Assembly (NCBI GenBank): GCA_963751455.1
Contig: CAVVUN010000012.1
Location: 642,458 to 706,457 of the forward strand
Source: Nitrospirota bacterium
Lineage (GTDB): Bacteria; Nitrospirota; UBA9217
Length of the DNA: 64,000 nucleotides
Direction of reading: 5' to 3'
How positions within the stretch are numbered: position 1 is the first letter of the stretch; every line of letters begins with the position of its first letter. A program made the translations under genes and the position numbers. Below, in pieces: positions 10,772-21,067 of this stretch. The notes beneath the pieces are model-generated. The model saw only the letters and a program-made list of their open reading frames with translations. It searched no databases and was not told the origin of the DNA.

Positions 10772-10832
10772 AAGGGCGAGGGACGATGGACGCAGGAGCT
10801 GGCCGTTCGTCCACTGTTCTTCGCCTCTTCTT
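10772..10832. repeat. 7-nt-periodic palindromic element after the stop codon
   Basis: gggcgag-ggacgat-ggacgca ... cgttcgtcc-actgttc-ttcgcc. Confidence 0.5.
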
Positions 10833-10978
10833 TTTGCTGGAACATGTCAAAGCGAAAAATAATTAAGGTCTCTCATGAATGGTTTAGATCCTTAACATCG
10901 TCTCTTTCACCTGCAAGTCTTACCACCGCAAAGCGAAGCGGTGGGAGGCCGCATGAGCTCAGGCAATAGACAGCAAGA

Positions 10979-11998
10979 TCAGTTTTTGAGCGTGACAAGC
11001 TCCAAGCGCTCTCCAGTTTCAGGATTCACTTCGAGAATCAATCCTATAGCCGGAGCAAAGTATTTGTGTTCGATGACATCGGGCTCAAACGGCGTGAAGT
11101 CCTTGGTGACCAGACAATCGCCGTTACACACAGCGGCGGGCGCCGTGGCGGAACCCGTCAAACTCAGTATTTCACCCACGTCTTCTGCGTTGCCGAGGGA
11201 AAATTCCTGGCGATAAACAACCCCGACCACAGGGGCCGCCTTCATAATAATGCCGGGCTTGGCCCCATCGACCCCGGCCTTCCACGACCCCTCAAGGCTC
11301 ACCAGTTCCCCGTCCTCGAACTCTTGCGCGATCTCTCCGAAGTACCACACATTCCCGTTAATATCCTGAGCATACCAATCCACGGTGTCCTCTATTACTT
11401 CTCCATTATCTTCGACCACGTCATGAACGACTGCGCAGGTCACTCCGAGAATCTCCTTGGTTTCCTCCGTTACGGCAACCGTAATCGTTTCAGTTCCGCC
11501 CTTGTAGATCCAGGTCCTGCCGCGAACAAGAGGGAAGTACGGATTAGGTGCAACCGATTTGCCGATTTCAGCGGGATTGACGAACACCGCTGGGTCGATC
11601 TGGGGATCATAGGGGGCTTCCCCGAGAGCGTGGCAGATTGCCAGGCGTGACTCGAACTGCCCGCCGCACTCCTCCCTGTTCTCCCTTAGCGCGACTTTCG
11701 CCTCCTGCTTGCACTGCTCTCGGGCATCAGGCGCCGCGAAATTATTACAGTTGCCGATCTCGATCCAAAAATCGTCCTTCACGTCGTGTTGGCACGCTCT
11801 GAGCGCAGCGTGTGCTGTTCTTGTGCAAAATCCCGCGTTTTCGTCTTCTTTGTCGTCGTCATTGCCTTCTGCCAGTGCCGTACCACTGAGAAGACAAAGG
11901 ACAGCAACAAGCAGCATCGCGAATCGCACAAAAAACCGGGATGATCCAGGGAAATGTCCGATTGTCTCTTTATCTGTAAGAAAGTGTCGCGTCTTCAT
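10979..11998 (-). CDS. Secreted hypothetical protein (Cys-rich helical N-domain plus beta-rich C-domain)
   Basis: Signal peptide ending ALA-E; six Cys in the N-domain; NPYFPL, DWYAQD..GNVWYFGE and KYFAPAIG motifs. Confidence 0.75.
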   Translation of the reverse strand: MKTRHFLTDKETIGHFPGSSRFFVRFAMLLVAVLCLLSGTALAEGNDDDKEDENAGFCTRTAHAALRACQHDVKDDFWIEIGNCNNFAAPDAREQCKQEAKVALRENREECGGQFESRLAICHALGEAPYDPQIDPAVFVNPAEIGKSVAPNPYFPLVRGRTWIYKGGTETITVAVTEETKEILGVTCAVVHDVVEDNGEVIEDTVDWYAQDINGNVWYFGEIAQEFEDGELVSLEGSWKAGVDGAKPGIIMKAAPVVGVVYRQEFSLGNAEDVGEILSLTGSATAPAAVCNGDCLVTKDFTPFEPDVIEHKYFAPAIGLILEVNPETGERLELVTLKN

Positions 11999-12123
11999 CT
12001 TAGCAACCCTCCTATGGTTACATGTCTGCGCCTCCGGGTCAACCTTAGGCGCTTACGCCTATAACATCGACAAAAGATTGTCGATCTTTAAAAAGAATTT
12101 AACGCAAAAACAGGATTATATTG

Positions 12124-12711
12124 CGCTCGCAAAGGAAGGCCAAATCGCCGGGTTTAAAACCAGACTTAAAGCTACTTTACGAACCAACATCTTGAGTTTT
12201 TAGTCGAGTCAAAACCAAAACCCAATTTTCACACAAAGCCACGAAGCCACAAAGAAGAAAACTGAATTTTTTGTCTTTCGATTTTTTTGTCTTTTTCCGT
12301 GTCTTAGTGGCTTCGTGTGAGATCGTTTTAAGGTTTTACTTTTGCTTTATTGGTCTGAGGCGTAACCTCATAAAAGTTTTCTTTGCGTTCTTTGCGGCTT
12401 TGCGAGAGACGCCTTTTACTTTTTGTTGTTATTTCTGTCCCGAAGGGACCATGTCTGCCGGGCGAAGTCTTGGCAGACACATAGTCAGTTACGATTGAAA
12501 ATCTTCTCTAAAAGGCAAGAAAATATTTACCGCGATACCCTGCACTCGCGCTATAGCACTCGTAAACGCTGGGCACGAGAGACGCGAGGGACGCGAGGAA
12601 ACCGGAAAACGTTTTTGATATTAAAAATCCAGTATTTGGTTTGAGCCTTCCTCGCGACCATTGCGCCCTGGCGGTTCAACGGTTTTGGTTCCGGCTTGTC
12701 CGGGTTAGGTA
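12124..12711. repeat. Cluster of nested 9-nt-periodic palindromic (MITE/REP-like) elements
   Basis: Arms 12229-12254 / 12295-12320 (cacacaaagccacgaagccacaaag / gtgtcttagtggcttcgtgtga) inside outer arms 12126 / 12381-12406; another pair 12572-12676; 23-mer at 12689-12711 identical (inverted) to 25465-25487. Confidence 0.7.
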
Positions 12712-13284
12712 CTCGTACAGCGCCGCCTTCGAGAGCGCCGGTCATGGAGAAGCAGAGAAGAATCAACGACTATTGCGCCACGTGCGTATTATCACTACAT
12801 TCATTCTGCCAGACAATGAGTTGAACGCGGATGTCTGTTGTTGTGAGCCTTTAGGCTGTTGGAAGAACAAAAGGCAATTTCCGTGACTTTTTTGATCCTG
12901 CAAAAACCTTAACACCCGTTCTGAATGCTGTCAACCTACGGAAAGAAAAGTAGTAAATTACTACGCAAACGGGGTAACTACTCAGGTCATTTTTTTCTTA
13001 GATTTGTCTTAATGCTGTTCTGAAAAGAAGCTGAATAGTTACCAAACGGGAAGCATTCTTTCAAATCCGATTATCTTTTAGAAATCTGATCGTGGTAAGT
13101 GGTAAAAGGAAAGGTTTCCTTAGGCGAGGCGAATATTTGGACTTCAAAAAAAGCACGGTTTTATTGCCAGATGCCTGTTGCGTTCACCTGTTAATCTTCA
13201 CTTCAGCTGAAGCGAAATAAATATTAATTACGAGTCGAAACGTGCACGATTTCCAGAGAATAACTCAATCTTTAAGTCGGCCCC

Positions 13285-14626
13285 CTATGCGTTGTAGGAT
13301 TCAATCCACTTCTCGATGTCTATTGCTTCCTGTTCCAGCTTTAGATTCAACTCAAGCATTTTGTCGATAAGCGAATCGAGGATTTTGTGTTCATCTGCTG
13401 AGTAAGTTATCCAGCTTTCCACGAATTCGCAATAACCGGATTGAGTCTGATTTTTCAAGCCGTTTACAGCTACTTTTGTGGCATTCGATTACGTCGGAAC
13501 TAAGAAGAAATGGATGAATATCAATCCCCGTTGAGTGCCTGAGGTGCAGAAATATTTCTATTCCGCCGGCGTCGAGATCTCCCCAATGGAAAAAGTTAAT
13601 CGTCCTGTTTGTTTTTTTTGCAAATTCATTTATTTTTAGCAAAAATTGCCTTCGCAATCTATTGGAGAATCCTTTAAGAAAAACTACCAGGTAGTTTTCC
13701 ATTCCTCTTTTTTTCTGACTGATCTGACAAAATTCATAGAAGGAAGCTTCATTTTCTATCGTAATGATCTTCTCAAACCCCATTTCTTTTATTTCCCATT
13801 CCAATGCCGTTTCTGATGAGACGCCGATGAACGGTCGAAAAATTCCCATATCTATGCTCTGGTCGTTCTTTTGATCTGCAAGTGTTAATTTGCCGCTAAA
13901 GAGAACCTTCTGAGGTGATCTTAATAGCTGATATTCTCTCAGCACATCATTGGGATCTTTCAGATCATATTCTTTCAGATCCGGATCGTTTTCTCTAAGA
14001 ATAGAGGCAATTCTTGGCAATAAATGATCAAGCGCCTTGCTGTCAGCAAAATTTTTGACGCAAAACTTTCTCCAGGTTTGGGATACGTTATTCTTGGTTA
14101 TTTTTTCACACGCGGCCAGCAGTAATTTCCCTTCCTCCGGGAGAGAAGCCGTAATGTAATTGGTTTTCAGTTTCGGGGTGAGAAGGATTTGCTTCTGGCT
14201 TTTCAGAAAATCTTGCCACCAGCTTATTTCCGAACTTTCAATAAAAGAATCGATTATAGATCCGAACTCCTGGCAGATTAAGTGCAGTGGCATGCGGCGT
14301 AATTCCGCATAAGCTTCCTGTATCTTATCTCTAATTAATTCGAGCTTATATATCTCATGATTTCGAGGAGTTCGATGCCATCTAATCCGGCATAATCCTT
14401 CATTTTCCAGCATCTCCGCATCATGGTTGATTTGATCTCGCCAAGCCGGATTCGCCTCATCGTAATACTCTTTGAACCCGGCCTCGGTTATTTCAAAAAG
14501 TATCGCTCTTCTCAGTTCGGGCTGCTCATACTGGCTGCTCGCTTCATATTTATCGAGCATGGCGTTGAGGAGCCTTTTTCTATAGCCTCTTTCGGACATT
14601 TCGAAGTCAATACGGCGATTTCCCAT
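13285..14626 (-). CDS. jetD: Wadjet JetD (Toprim/topoVI-A-like nuclease); +1 frameshift near 13405
   Basis: DSKAL; IITIENEASF; FHWGDLDAGGIEIF. ORF stops at 13391 but the conserved tail IDKMLELNLKLEQEAI continues in another frame to TAG at 13285. Alternative start 14599. Confidence 0.85.
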
Positions 14627-14642
14627 GTCTCTGTGACATGAC

Positions 14643-17600
14643 CTAACGCGCCGATATTGTATCCTTTCTGAAATCCGTAACAATAGCTGTTCTTGTCTTA
14701 TCATCCTTGATGATAAGACTGCAAGAGGTGACATGCGGAACGATCATGTCGCATCTCTCCTTGGGGGCGGCAAGAACAAGCTGCATGCCGAGTTCCTGGG
14801 AAAACTTCATCATGCCCGCAATTCTTCTTTCATCCATTTTATTAAAGGCTTCGTCAAACATGATCAAACCGATAGTGCCTTTTTGGGGCTCTTTAAGGCG
14901 GCAGATACGGTACATCGATGCGAGCATAGCGATATAATACGCCGTCTGTGTTTCCCCTCCCGATTTTTCTCCTCCGACCCTGGAAAGACGGGAAACCTGA
15001 CCGTCTTCGTGGGTTATCTCAACGTCATAATCGAAATATTCCCGGTAATCGGACCTCTTCTCGATTTCTTCGGTTATTTTTTGGACATTACCCGACACGA
15101 GGCTTTGGAATAACTCTTCAAGGGGACCTGACCGATACGCATTCTTCCATCCCGCCTCGAACAGAGAGTCTCTTTCCACCATAGCGGATTCGGTCACCAT
15201 CTGGTAAAAATCCTTATAGTCATCTCTTACTCTATGAGTGAATTGATATCTGTCGGAACCGATATGAATCTCTTTTAAAGCGCCGTTCAATTCGTCAAAT
15301 TGACGCTTCACAAGAGAAAGATTCTCCCTCAGTTTATGAACGACGTCTTCAGCCAGTTGCTGCAATGCATTGTCCTTCGCTTTCGCAATCTTTTCCTCAT
15401 ATTCCGGGAGAAGGCTCTGCTCCCATCGGGAAAGCTCTTCAAGATATTCGGAAATCACATCGCCTGCAACAGTGCCGTTAAATGAAAAGGCATTGTTATA
15501 ATCAGCTTTTTTGCTGATCAACTGCTCGACCAAATTATTTACTTTAGTTTCTATTCCGGTTCTTTGTCTCGAAAATACATCGATAATTCTCAGGTTTTCT
15601 TTCTCTTTGCGTTCCTCCAGGTATCTTGCTTCCAGTCGTTGCCTTTCTTCTGCTGTTGCAGAAGCGGTATCTGTCGGCGTTGGGAAGGTCAATTCCAAGC
15701 TCTGGATCTTTTGGGCCAGGTCCTCGTTTTTAAGGCGCAGCTGTATCCTGGTTGTATCGAGTGCTTGGCGAAGTCCACCCTTCTGAGTTAAATTATCTCC
15801 CAAACTCTCTTCAATTTTCTGCAAATCATCCTTGAGTAGCTCCAGCTTCTGTTTTGTTTCTTCAATCTGAGAAAGATCGATATTTTTCAAATCTTCCTCA
15901 AGGCTGTCGATATGCTGCGAAGCTTCTTTTATCTGCCTTGGGAAATCAATTCGCTCTTTGATTATCCGCGTATCTTCCTGTACGTCGCTTAATATCTGCG
16001 TGATCTTTTTTACAGCTTCAATACGTTCCGCAAGCCAGATAACCGATCCGCGAATTGCCTCAAGGCGGGCTTCCTTCAATCGCAACTGCTGGGTTTTGCC
16101 TCTTTCTCCGATATACCAAGTTTCATAAATCTGGAAGGCTGTCTGCCTGGCGGCATAATTTTGATACACCATGCATGATGCGGTAATGGATTTTTTGTGG
16201 AATTTAAGCTCTTTTTCATCCTTACAGCAAATAAGGTCGCCGATAAGAAAGTTAATATAGCCTTTGGCCCATTTGTTTTGCGTAGTTACCATTTTGGCGA
16301 GTGAATTTTCAGACTGCCTGTCCGCATATGCTTCCACTTCCTTCGTATTGACCAGGCCGACCCCGGATATATTTGACGACCTCTTCGATCTTTCATAGAG
16401 GCTTAGTGCCGCATCAAATCCGTCCGGGTTGACGATCAGATCAAATCGGCGGGTATTCAAATATCCTTCCACGGCATTCTGCCACTCTTCATCTGCAATT
16501 TCTATAATGTCGCAAAGTACCGACACTTGACCGGCGCCCAGTTCATTCTCGATGAGCTCTTTAAGCCTTGAAACGTCCGGTCTTGCATAAACAGAGCCGC
16601 CTCGCTTCATGACTGCAATATCTTTTTGCAGAGCATCCCCTTCTGTTTTTATATTTTTTAAGGCCTCTTCAGAGCTTCTCTGGATGCCGTAAAGATTGAA
16701 GATAAGACTTTTGAGAAAAGCTTCGATTTCCTTATGAGCAGATTCAAAAAAATGTATCTGAGTTTCATCGTTACCCTGGGCCGACGCCAGCGCCTTCAAC
16801 CATGATTCGAGCAACAGTTTATGCTCGTTTGCCATTTTTAAGCAAAGAACGTCGCTATAACCTGTAAACGCGTCCGGGACCGTATTCTCCGACAGCTTTA
16901 ATATCCGTTCAAAAACATCCGGGAGGCCACTGCAATGATGACCAAGCATCCGGATCACATCCTGCCACTTTTGTGAAAGCTCGTCGACCTCATCTTTCAG
17001 ACGTGATATGTCAGCCTGCACCCGGCTGGCCTGAACATAATTGGGATTGTCATACAGGATAGACTGATTAATCTCTATCTGGCTTTTTAATCTTTTTTGG
17101 TTCTCCTCAAGTGATGCAATGTCTTTCAGACAGCTGTCAAAAAGCTTTTGCTCGTTTTTTTCCTGGTTCAGCAAAGCGGTTATTTCTTCTCTGCATGCTT
17201 GCTCGCCAGCTCTGAGGATAAGGTAGGTAAATACTCTTGCATAACCCCTTTCTTTTTCCAACTGCAATGCTGTTTCTTTAATGGGGATCAGAGCAGCAAT
17301 ACGGCTCTTTGCGCCGGCCGCTTTGGCTTCCAACTCTTTGTAATGCGCAAGATTTGCCTGCATGCTTTTCGTGTCTACCGGATTTTCATCCAGCAGGTAA
17401 TTGAATACAAAATCCTTGACCTTGCCGATAGGTTTAAATGCGAGTCCCTTGACGATCAGACGGTGAAAAGATTCAGGAAGCCTGCCGAGTCTCCCTCGAA
17501 GAAAGCTGCGAAACTCCCTGGATTCAGAAAAGGGTTTTGCATCTTTTCTGTTTGCAATCTCTTTTTTAAACTCGGACGTGGTAAACGGTCTTGCGCCTTT

Positions 17601-18029
17601 TGTAAAGGATATATCTGATAATTTCACACGGGGGATGATGAAGTACAGCTTCTTCACGGGGCGGGAGTCTGCGTAGCTGTCAAGCGCGGCGCCGACAACA
17701 AAATACGGCGTATCGGGGTCGTCATTTTTAAACTCCAGGGCGACATAACTGCTGCAGTCACCCCTCTCGTATCTTTGTCCGCCTGTATTGTCTTCTGTCC
17801 CAAGTTTAAAACGTGTATAGCCTTCCAGGTTTCGTTTTGCAGTTTCTGTTGCAGCCGTATTGAATTTAACTTCGTTCAGGTCCGCTACCATCACAAACTG
17901 CATGGCGTCCAGTACCGTGGATTTGCCGGCGCCATTGTCGCCGATAATTAAAAGACTGCCGTCCACCGGGATGGTTTCATCAATGAAATGATACCAGTTT
18001 ATAAGACGTATAGCCGTAAGCTGTTTCAT
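14643..18029 (-). CDS. jetC: Wadjet JetC (SMC/MukB-like ATPase)
   Basis: LINWYHF; Walker A GDNGAGKST; long coiled coils with hinge; KSGGETQ signature; LIMFDEAFNKMD Walker B. Confidence 0.93.
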   Translation of the reverse strand: MKQLTAIRLINWYHFIDETIPVDGSLLIIGDNGAGKSTVLDAMQFVMVADLNEVKFNTAATETAKRNLEGYTRFKLGTEDNTGGQRYERGDCSSYVALEFKNDDPDTPYFVVGAALDSYADSRPVKKLYFIIPRVKLSDISFTKGARPFTTSEFKKEIANRKDAKPFSESREFRSFLRGRLGRLPESFHRLIVKGLAFKPIGKVKDFVFNYLLDENPVDTKSMQANLAHYKELEAKAAGAKSRIAALIPIKETALQLEKERGYARVFTYLILRAGEQACREEITALLNQEKNEQKLFDSCLKDIASLEENQKRLKSQIEINQSILYDNPNYVQASRVQADISRLKDEVDELSQKWQDVIRMLGHHCSGLPDVFERILKLSENTVPDAFTGYSDVLCLKMANEHKLLLESWLKALASAQGNDETQIHFFESAHKEIEAFLKSLIFNLYGIQRSSEEALKNIKTEGDALQKDIAVMKRGGSVYARPDVSRLKELIENELGAGQVSVLCDIIEIADEEWQNAVEGYLNTRRFDLIVNPDGFDAALSLYERSKRSSNISGVGLVNTKEVEAYADRQSENSLAKMVTTQNKWAKGYINFLIGDLICCKDEKELKFHKKSITASCMVYQNYAARQTAFQIYETWYIGERGKTQQLRLKEARLEAIRGSVIWLAERIEAVKKITQILSDVQEDTRIIKERIDFPRQIKEASQHIDSLEEDLKNIDLSQIEETKQKLELLKDDLQKIEESLGDNLTQKGGLRQALDTTRIQLRLKNEDLAQKIQSLELTFPTPTDTASATAEERQRLEARYLEERKEKENLRIIDVFSRQRTGIETKVNNLVEQLISKKADYNNAFSFNGTVAGDVISEYLEELSRWEQSLLPEYEEKIAKAKDNALQQLAEDVVHKLRENLSLVKRQFDELNGALKEIHIGSDRYQFTHRVRDDYKDFYQMVTESAMVERDSLFEAGWKNAYRSGPLEELFQSLVSGNVQKITEEIEKRSDYREYFDYDVEITHEDGQVSRLSRVGGEKSGGETQTAYYIAMLASMYRICRLKEPQKGTIGLIMFDEAFNKMDERRIAGMMKFSQELGMQLVLAAPKERCDMIVPHVTSCSLIIKDDKTRTAIVTDFRKDTISAR

Positions 18030-18661
18030 TCCGCGCCCTCCGGCCCATCCCCGTCTTTTGGTCCCTCATCCATTGCCAGATACTCTCTTATCCTGCTGCT
18101 GACGTCCTTGATGTTCTGCCGGTGGACTGCTGCATCTATTGTCGGCATTATGGTGATCTCGAAATCAGGATCAAAATGAAGTCTCCCATCAGGTAATTGT
18201 ATGAGACGAAAATGCTCGAACTTTCGGAGCGACGGTCGCAAGACCCGCTTTGTCATATAGTCGCCGGCTTTCGAAGTGAGATGGGTGAGGCGCTCCTGCA
18301 ACTCACCGAGAGTGACGACGACATCGGAAACCTCGGCTATGTCCTTCATTCTCTCATGATAAATGAGCCGGAGAAGACACAGGAGAACAGATTCAGATTT
18401 ATTGAATGCCACGCGGCCGCGGCCCTCAGGATGATAAAGGCGGGCAATACCGCTGGGCCTGTCAACCTGCAGCCTCCAGCCTGCAATTTGCAGATAACCG
18501 TCTATCATGTCTTCGTTTTGCTCTATGAAGCGATAGATTTTATCAGGATTGAGGGATTCTCCGCGCAGCACGAAGGTCTCTGTCTGCAGTCTTTGCACTG
18601 CTTCCGCAAACACTCTTTTTTTCGCTTCTTCCAGTGATTGATAATCTTTAATAAAGTCCAT
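18026..18661 (-). CDS. jetB: Wadjet JetB (DUF4194-like KITE subunit)
   Basis: ESVLLCLLRLIYHE; LRKFEHFRLI; ITIMPTI; start coupled to the jetA stop (TAATG at 18663-18659) and overlapping the jetC start. Confidence 0.85.
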   Translation of the reverse strand: MDFIKDYQSLEEAKKRVFAEAVQRLQTETFVLRGESLNPDKIYRFIEQNEDMIDGYLQIAGWRLQVDRPSGIARLYHPEGRGRVAFNKSESVLLCLLRLIYHERMKDIAEVSDVVVTLGELQERLTHLTSKAGDYMTKRVLRPSLRKFEHFRLIQLPDGRLHFDPDFEITIMPTIDAAVHRQNIKDVSSRIREYLAMDEGPKDGDGPEGAE

Positions 18662-20103
18662 TATCGTTTTCTTATGATCCTTCCCGGCCTGAACCCATAA
18701 CCATTTTTCCAGACCCATTCATCCCTGCTGAGTTCAACCCTGTAAGGACTGGAAGAATCGTTACTATAGCTCAGGAGATAAATCATCCTTATAAACTGAT
18801 GGTCGTCCTCGACAGGAACTTCATCCAGGGATATGCTCAGCCTGTTGCCGAGAAGTTCAACGGCAAATTGATATATCTTTTTCCTGGTGAATCTTCTGTC
18901 CATTTCCTGTTGATGCCTCTTAAGGAGCTCGTCTTTCGTTTGCATTGGCATCTTTTTTAGCGACAAGTCGCTCGGTTGGTGAGCTGCGCCTTTTTTGGGG
19001 TTGGTATAAAGAGAATCATCGGCAATGGCTTCCATCTCGTAAAGTTCGAACAATTTCCCTGAGATCGATTCCGCCGTATCTTCCGATATGCCGCGATTCA
19101 ATAATGCCTCCAGAACCTTCATCAACTGTCCTTCGAGAAGCTTGTCCTGGTGAAGATGATAATTTATCTTCTGGAGAGTGACGCCCGAGTACCTGGCATT
19201 CCTGCGATCGACATCTGAAATTATCCGGTCGACGGAACGGAATTGGGCCGTTATGAGTTCACACCATTCTTGGACCTTCTTCCCGGCAGTCTCATTGTCC
19301 ATCTGATAATTTTCAGCCACCCATGCGCGGGCGGCATCGACGAGGGCTGAGTCTTTCTGCAGGGCATCTATCCGGTCAACGATAAATTGACGAAACTTAT
19401 AGATATTATCCGAGGTTTTGAAGCGATGATAATTGCCTTCCACAACCTGCTTCTGGTAAATATCCATGTGAAGCCGCAGCAGCTCATCGGCAGCGAGGGC
19501 ATCCTTGAAAATCCTGTCAACATAGCGATGAATATTTCGATTCAGTATCTTAAGTTCTCTCACGAGGTCAACGGTATTTTTTTGCGCGGTTTCAAGCGCT
19601 ACTCCCGGCCTCTCCCGGAAAGACTCCTGTGCGAGGCTGGCTTTCACCCCATAAGCGAGGCCCTGAAAGCTCACCTGCTCTCTTCTCGCTATTCCGGCAA
19701 GCGTATGCATCAGCCTGGCGCTGTAATCGAAAAAGTTCAATACGTAGCCGAACTCTTTGCGGTACTCATAATCAAACCATCCGCACAACTGTAATCTTTT
19801 TAAAAGCCTTCTTGCGAAAATTCTGGCTTCGCCTTCGGCCTGCCTTGCCTCATCTTTCTCATAGAGCCCATCAGTCGGTAATTCTTCATCGATATCATGT
19901 GAAGTCTTCCATTCATCGTTAGTCTCAAGGATTTGAGATATGTGGTCAAGAGCGAACTCTTTTGTAATCTCAAAAGGTTCGTCTTCGAAATCGAGATGAT
20001 AGAGTATATATAAGACTTGCCAGTAGAGATTTGCATGGACACCGGCGAGAGGACGAAAGAGCTCTTTATGTATTTCTGAAAAAAGATTGGGATTGGGTTG
20101 CAT
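18661..20103 (-). CDS. jetA: Wadjet JetA (kleisin-like, DUF5716-type)
   Basis: LFRPLAG; LLKRLQLCGW; YHRFKTSDNIYKFR; DSLYTNP; first gene of the jetA-B-C-D order. Confidence 0.82.
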   Translation of the reverse strand: MQPNPNLFSEIHKELFRPLAGVHANLYWQVLYILYHLDFEDEPFEITKEFALDHISQILETNDEWKTSHDIDEELPTDGLYEKDEARQAEGEARIFARRLLKRLQLCGWFDYEYRKEFGYVLNFFDYSARLMHTLAGIARREQVSFQGLAYGVKASLAQESFRERPGVALETAQKNTVDLVRELKILNRNIHRYVDRIFKDALAADELLRLHMDIYQKQVVEGNYHRFKTSDNIYKFRQFIVDRIDALQKDSALVDAARAWVAENYQMDNETAGKKVQEWCELITAQFRSVDRIISDVDRRNARYSGVTLQKINYHLHQDKLLEGQLMKVLEALLNRGISEDTAESISGKLFELYEMEAIADDSLYTNPKKGAAHQPSDLSLKKMPMQTKDELLKRHQQEMDRRFTRKKIYQFAVELLGNRLSISLDEVPVEDDHQFIRMIYLLSYSNDSSSPYRVELSRDEWVWKNGYGFRPGRIIRKR

Positions 20104-20124
20104 AAGTGTTAGGCGAACCTGCTC

Positions 20125-20454
20125 TTAGCCATATACTACTTTACCTTCACTTGCATAAAGGCCGACGAGCGAAGAGCCGCTTTCAAACTCCTCCGGCGTC
20201 ATCGTAATGATATCGAACGGTATCATGAATTTCTTAATCGTCAGAACTTCCGCATCCATGGTCAGACGCACCCGTTCGAAGATGTCCTTATTTCGAAAAT
20301 CATCGGATAAGACGACGATATCAATATCACTTTCCTCGGTCGCTTCTTCCTTCGCCTGCGAGCCGAACAGAATGATCTTGAAAACATGAAGCCCATTTTG
20401 CTCCAACTGCTTTTCAAAAAAATCAATGGCATCTAATACAATTTGTTTAGCCAT
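20125..20454 (-). CDS. Minimal nucleotidyltransferase (MNT) antitoxin
   Basis: IILFGSQAKEEATEESDIDIVV (GS-x10-DxD); DIITMTPEE; EGKVVYG. Confidence 0.9.
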   Translation of the reverse strand: MAKQIVLDAIDFFEKQLEQNGLHVFKIILFGSQAKEEATEESDIDIVVLSDDFRNKDIFERVRLTMDAEVLTIKKFMIPFDIITMTPEEFESGSSLVGLYASEGKVVYG

Positions 20455-20813
20455 CTCAGCACCTCTCTGCTGCTTTCGAATATTTCCCCGGTCTTCTCCT
20501 GCGTGTAATCTTTCATCATCCGCTGAAGATCATCGGGGTAGCGTGTCGGAATGCTCAGCCGGTTAAGAAAGACAACCGTTTTCTGCAAATCAGCCGGGGG
20601 CTGAACTTGTGTTTTCTCGATCAAGTAGAGAAGATTGTGCGTTCTAGGCGGAATGCTTTCAAGTTTCTTCTGGTAAATGCCCTTCAGGGCCTTTTCAATA
20701 GCAAGATGACACATGAACACAGTGTACATGTATCTGCCGCCTTTATACATGTATTCGGCGGTATCCATGTCATACTCAGCCTGCGTCAGCCATTCCTGCG
20801 GGTCTTTCCCCAT
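20433..20813 (-). CDS. HEPN domain protein (HEPN-MNT toxin-antitoxin partner)
   Basis: EWLTQAEYDMDTA; FMCHLAIEKALKG; PRTHNL; TRYP; overlaps the MNT gene. Confidence 0.9.
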   Translation of the reverse strand: MGKDPQEWLTQAEYDMDTAEYMYKGGRYMYTVFMCHLAIEKALKGIYQKKLESIPPRTHNLLYLIEKTQVQPPADLQKTVVFLNRLSIPTRYPDDLQRMMKDYTQEKTGEIFESSREVLRWLNKLY

Positions 20814-21067
20814 CAGGCCCTCCTTGAATGCCATTTCCAGATTCAATTATAATGCAATTTCGATAGCGAGCGCAAATCTTATCAGCGACAGGGGTAAGGA
20901 GCATTTTGGCGTCGTCGCGATCATTTTCAACTGGTGACAATTTGTCGCCGACTGCCTGCCTTAGTTATTCACTTGCTCCGCATAAGCAATCCGATAACCC
21001 TGAACCTCATAGACGAGCTCGATTAAAGTGTTCTAGTCAGCATCCATGAACATATCTGGATGCTTCT

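Noticed and set aside
12124-12900. Possible CRISPR array or small ORFs
   Set aside because: Repeats are short-period and inverted, with no constant repeat plus unique spacers and no cas genes; the ORFs are translations of the repeats
13391-13393. TGA read-through in jetD
   Set aside because: The continuation is in a different frame, so an indel is required
20105-20120. attC/integron core sites (GTTAGGC here and near 34091)
   Set aside because: No matching inverse core with correct L/R box spacing could be established, and no integrase is present
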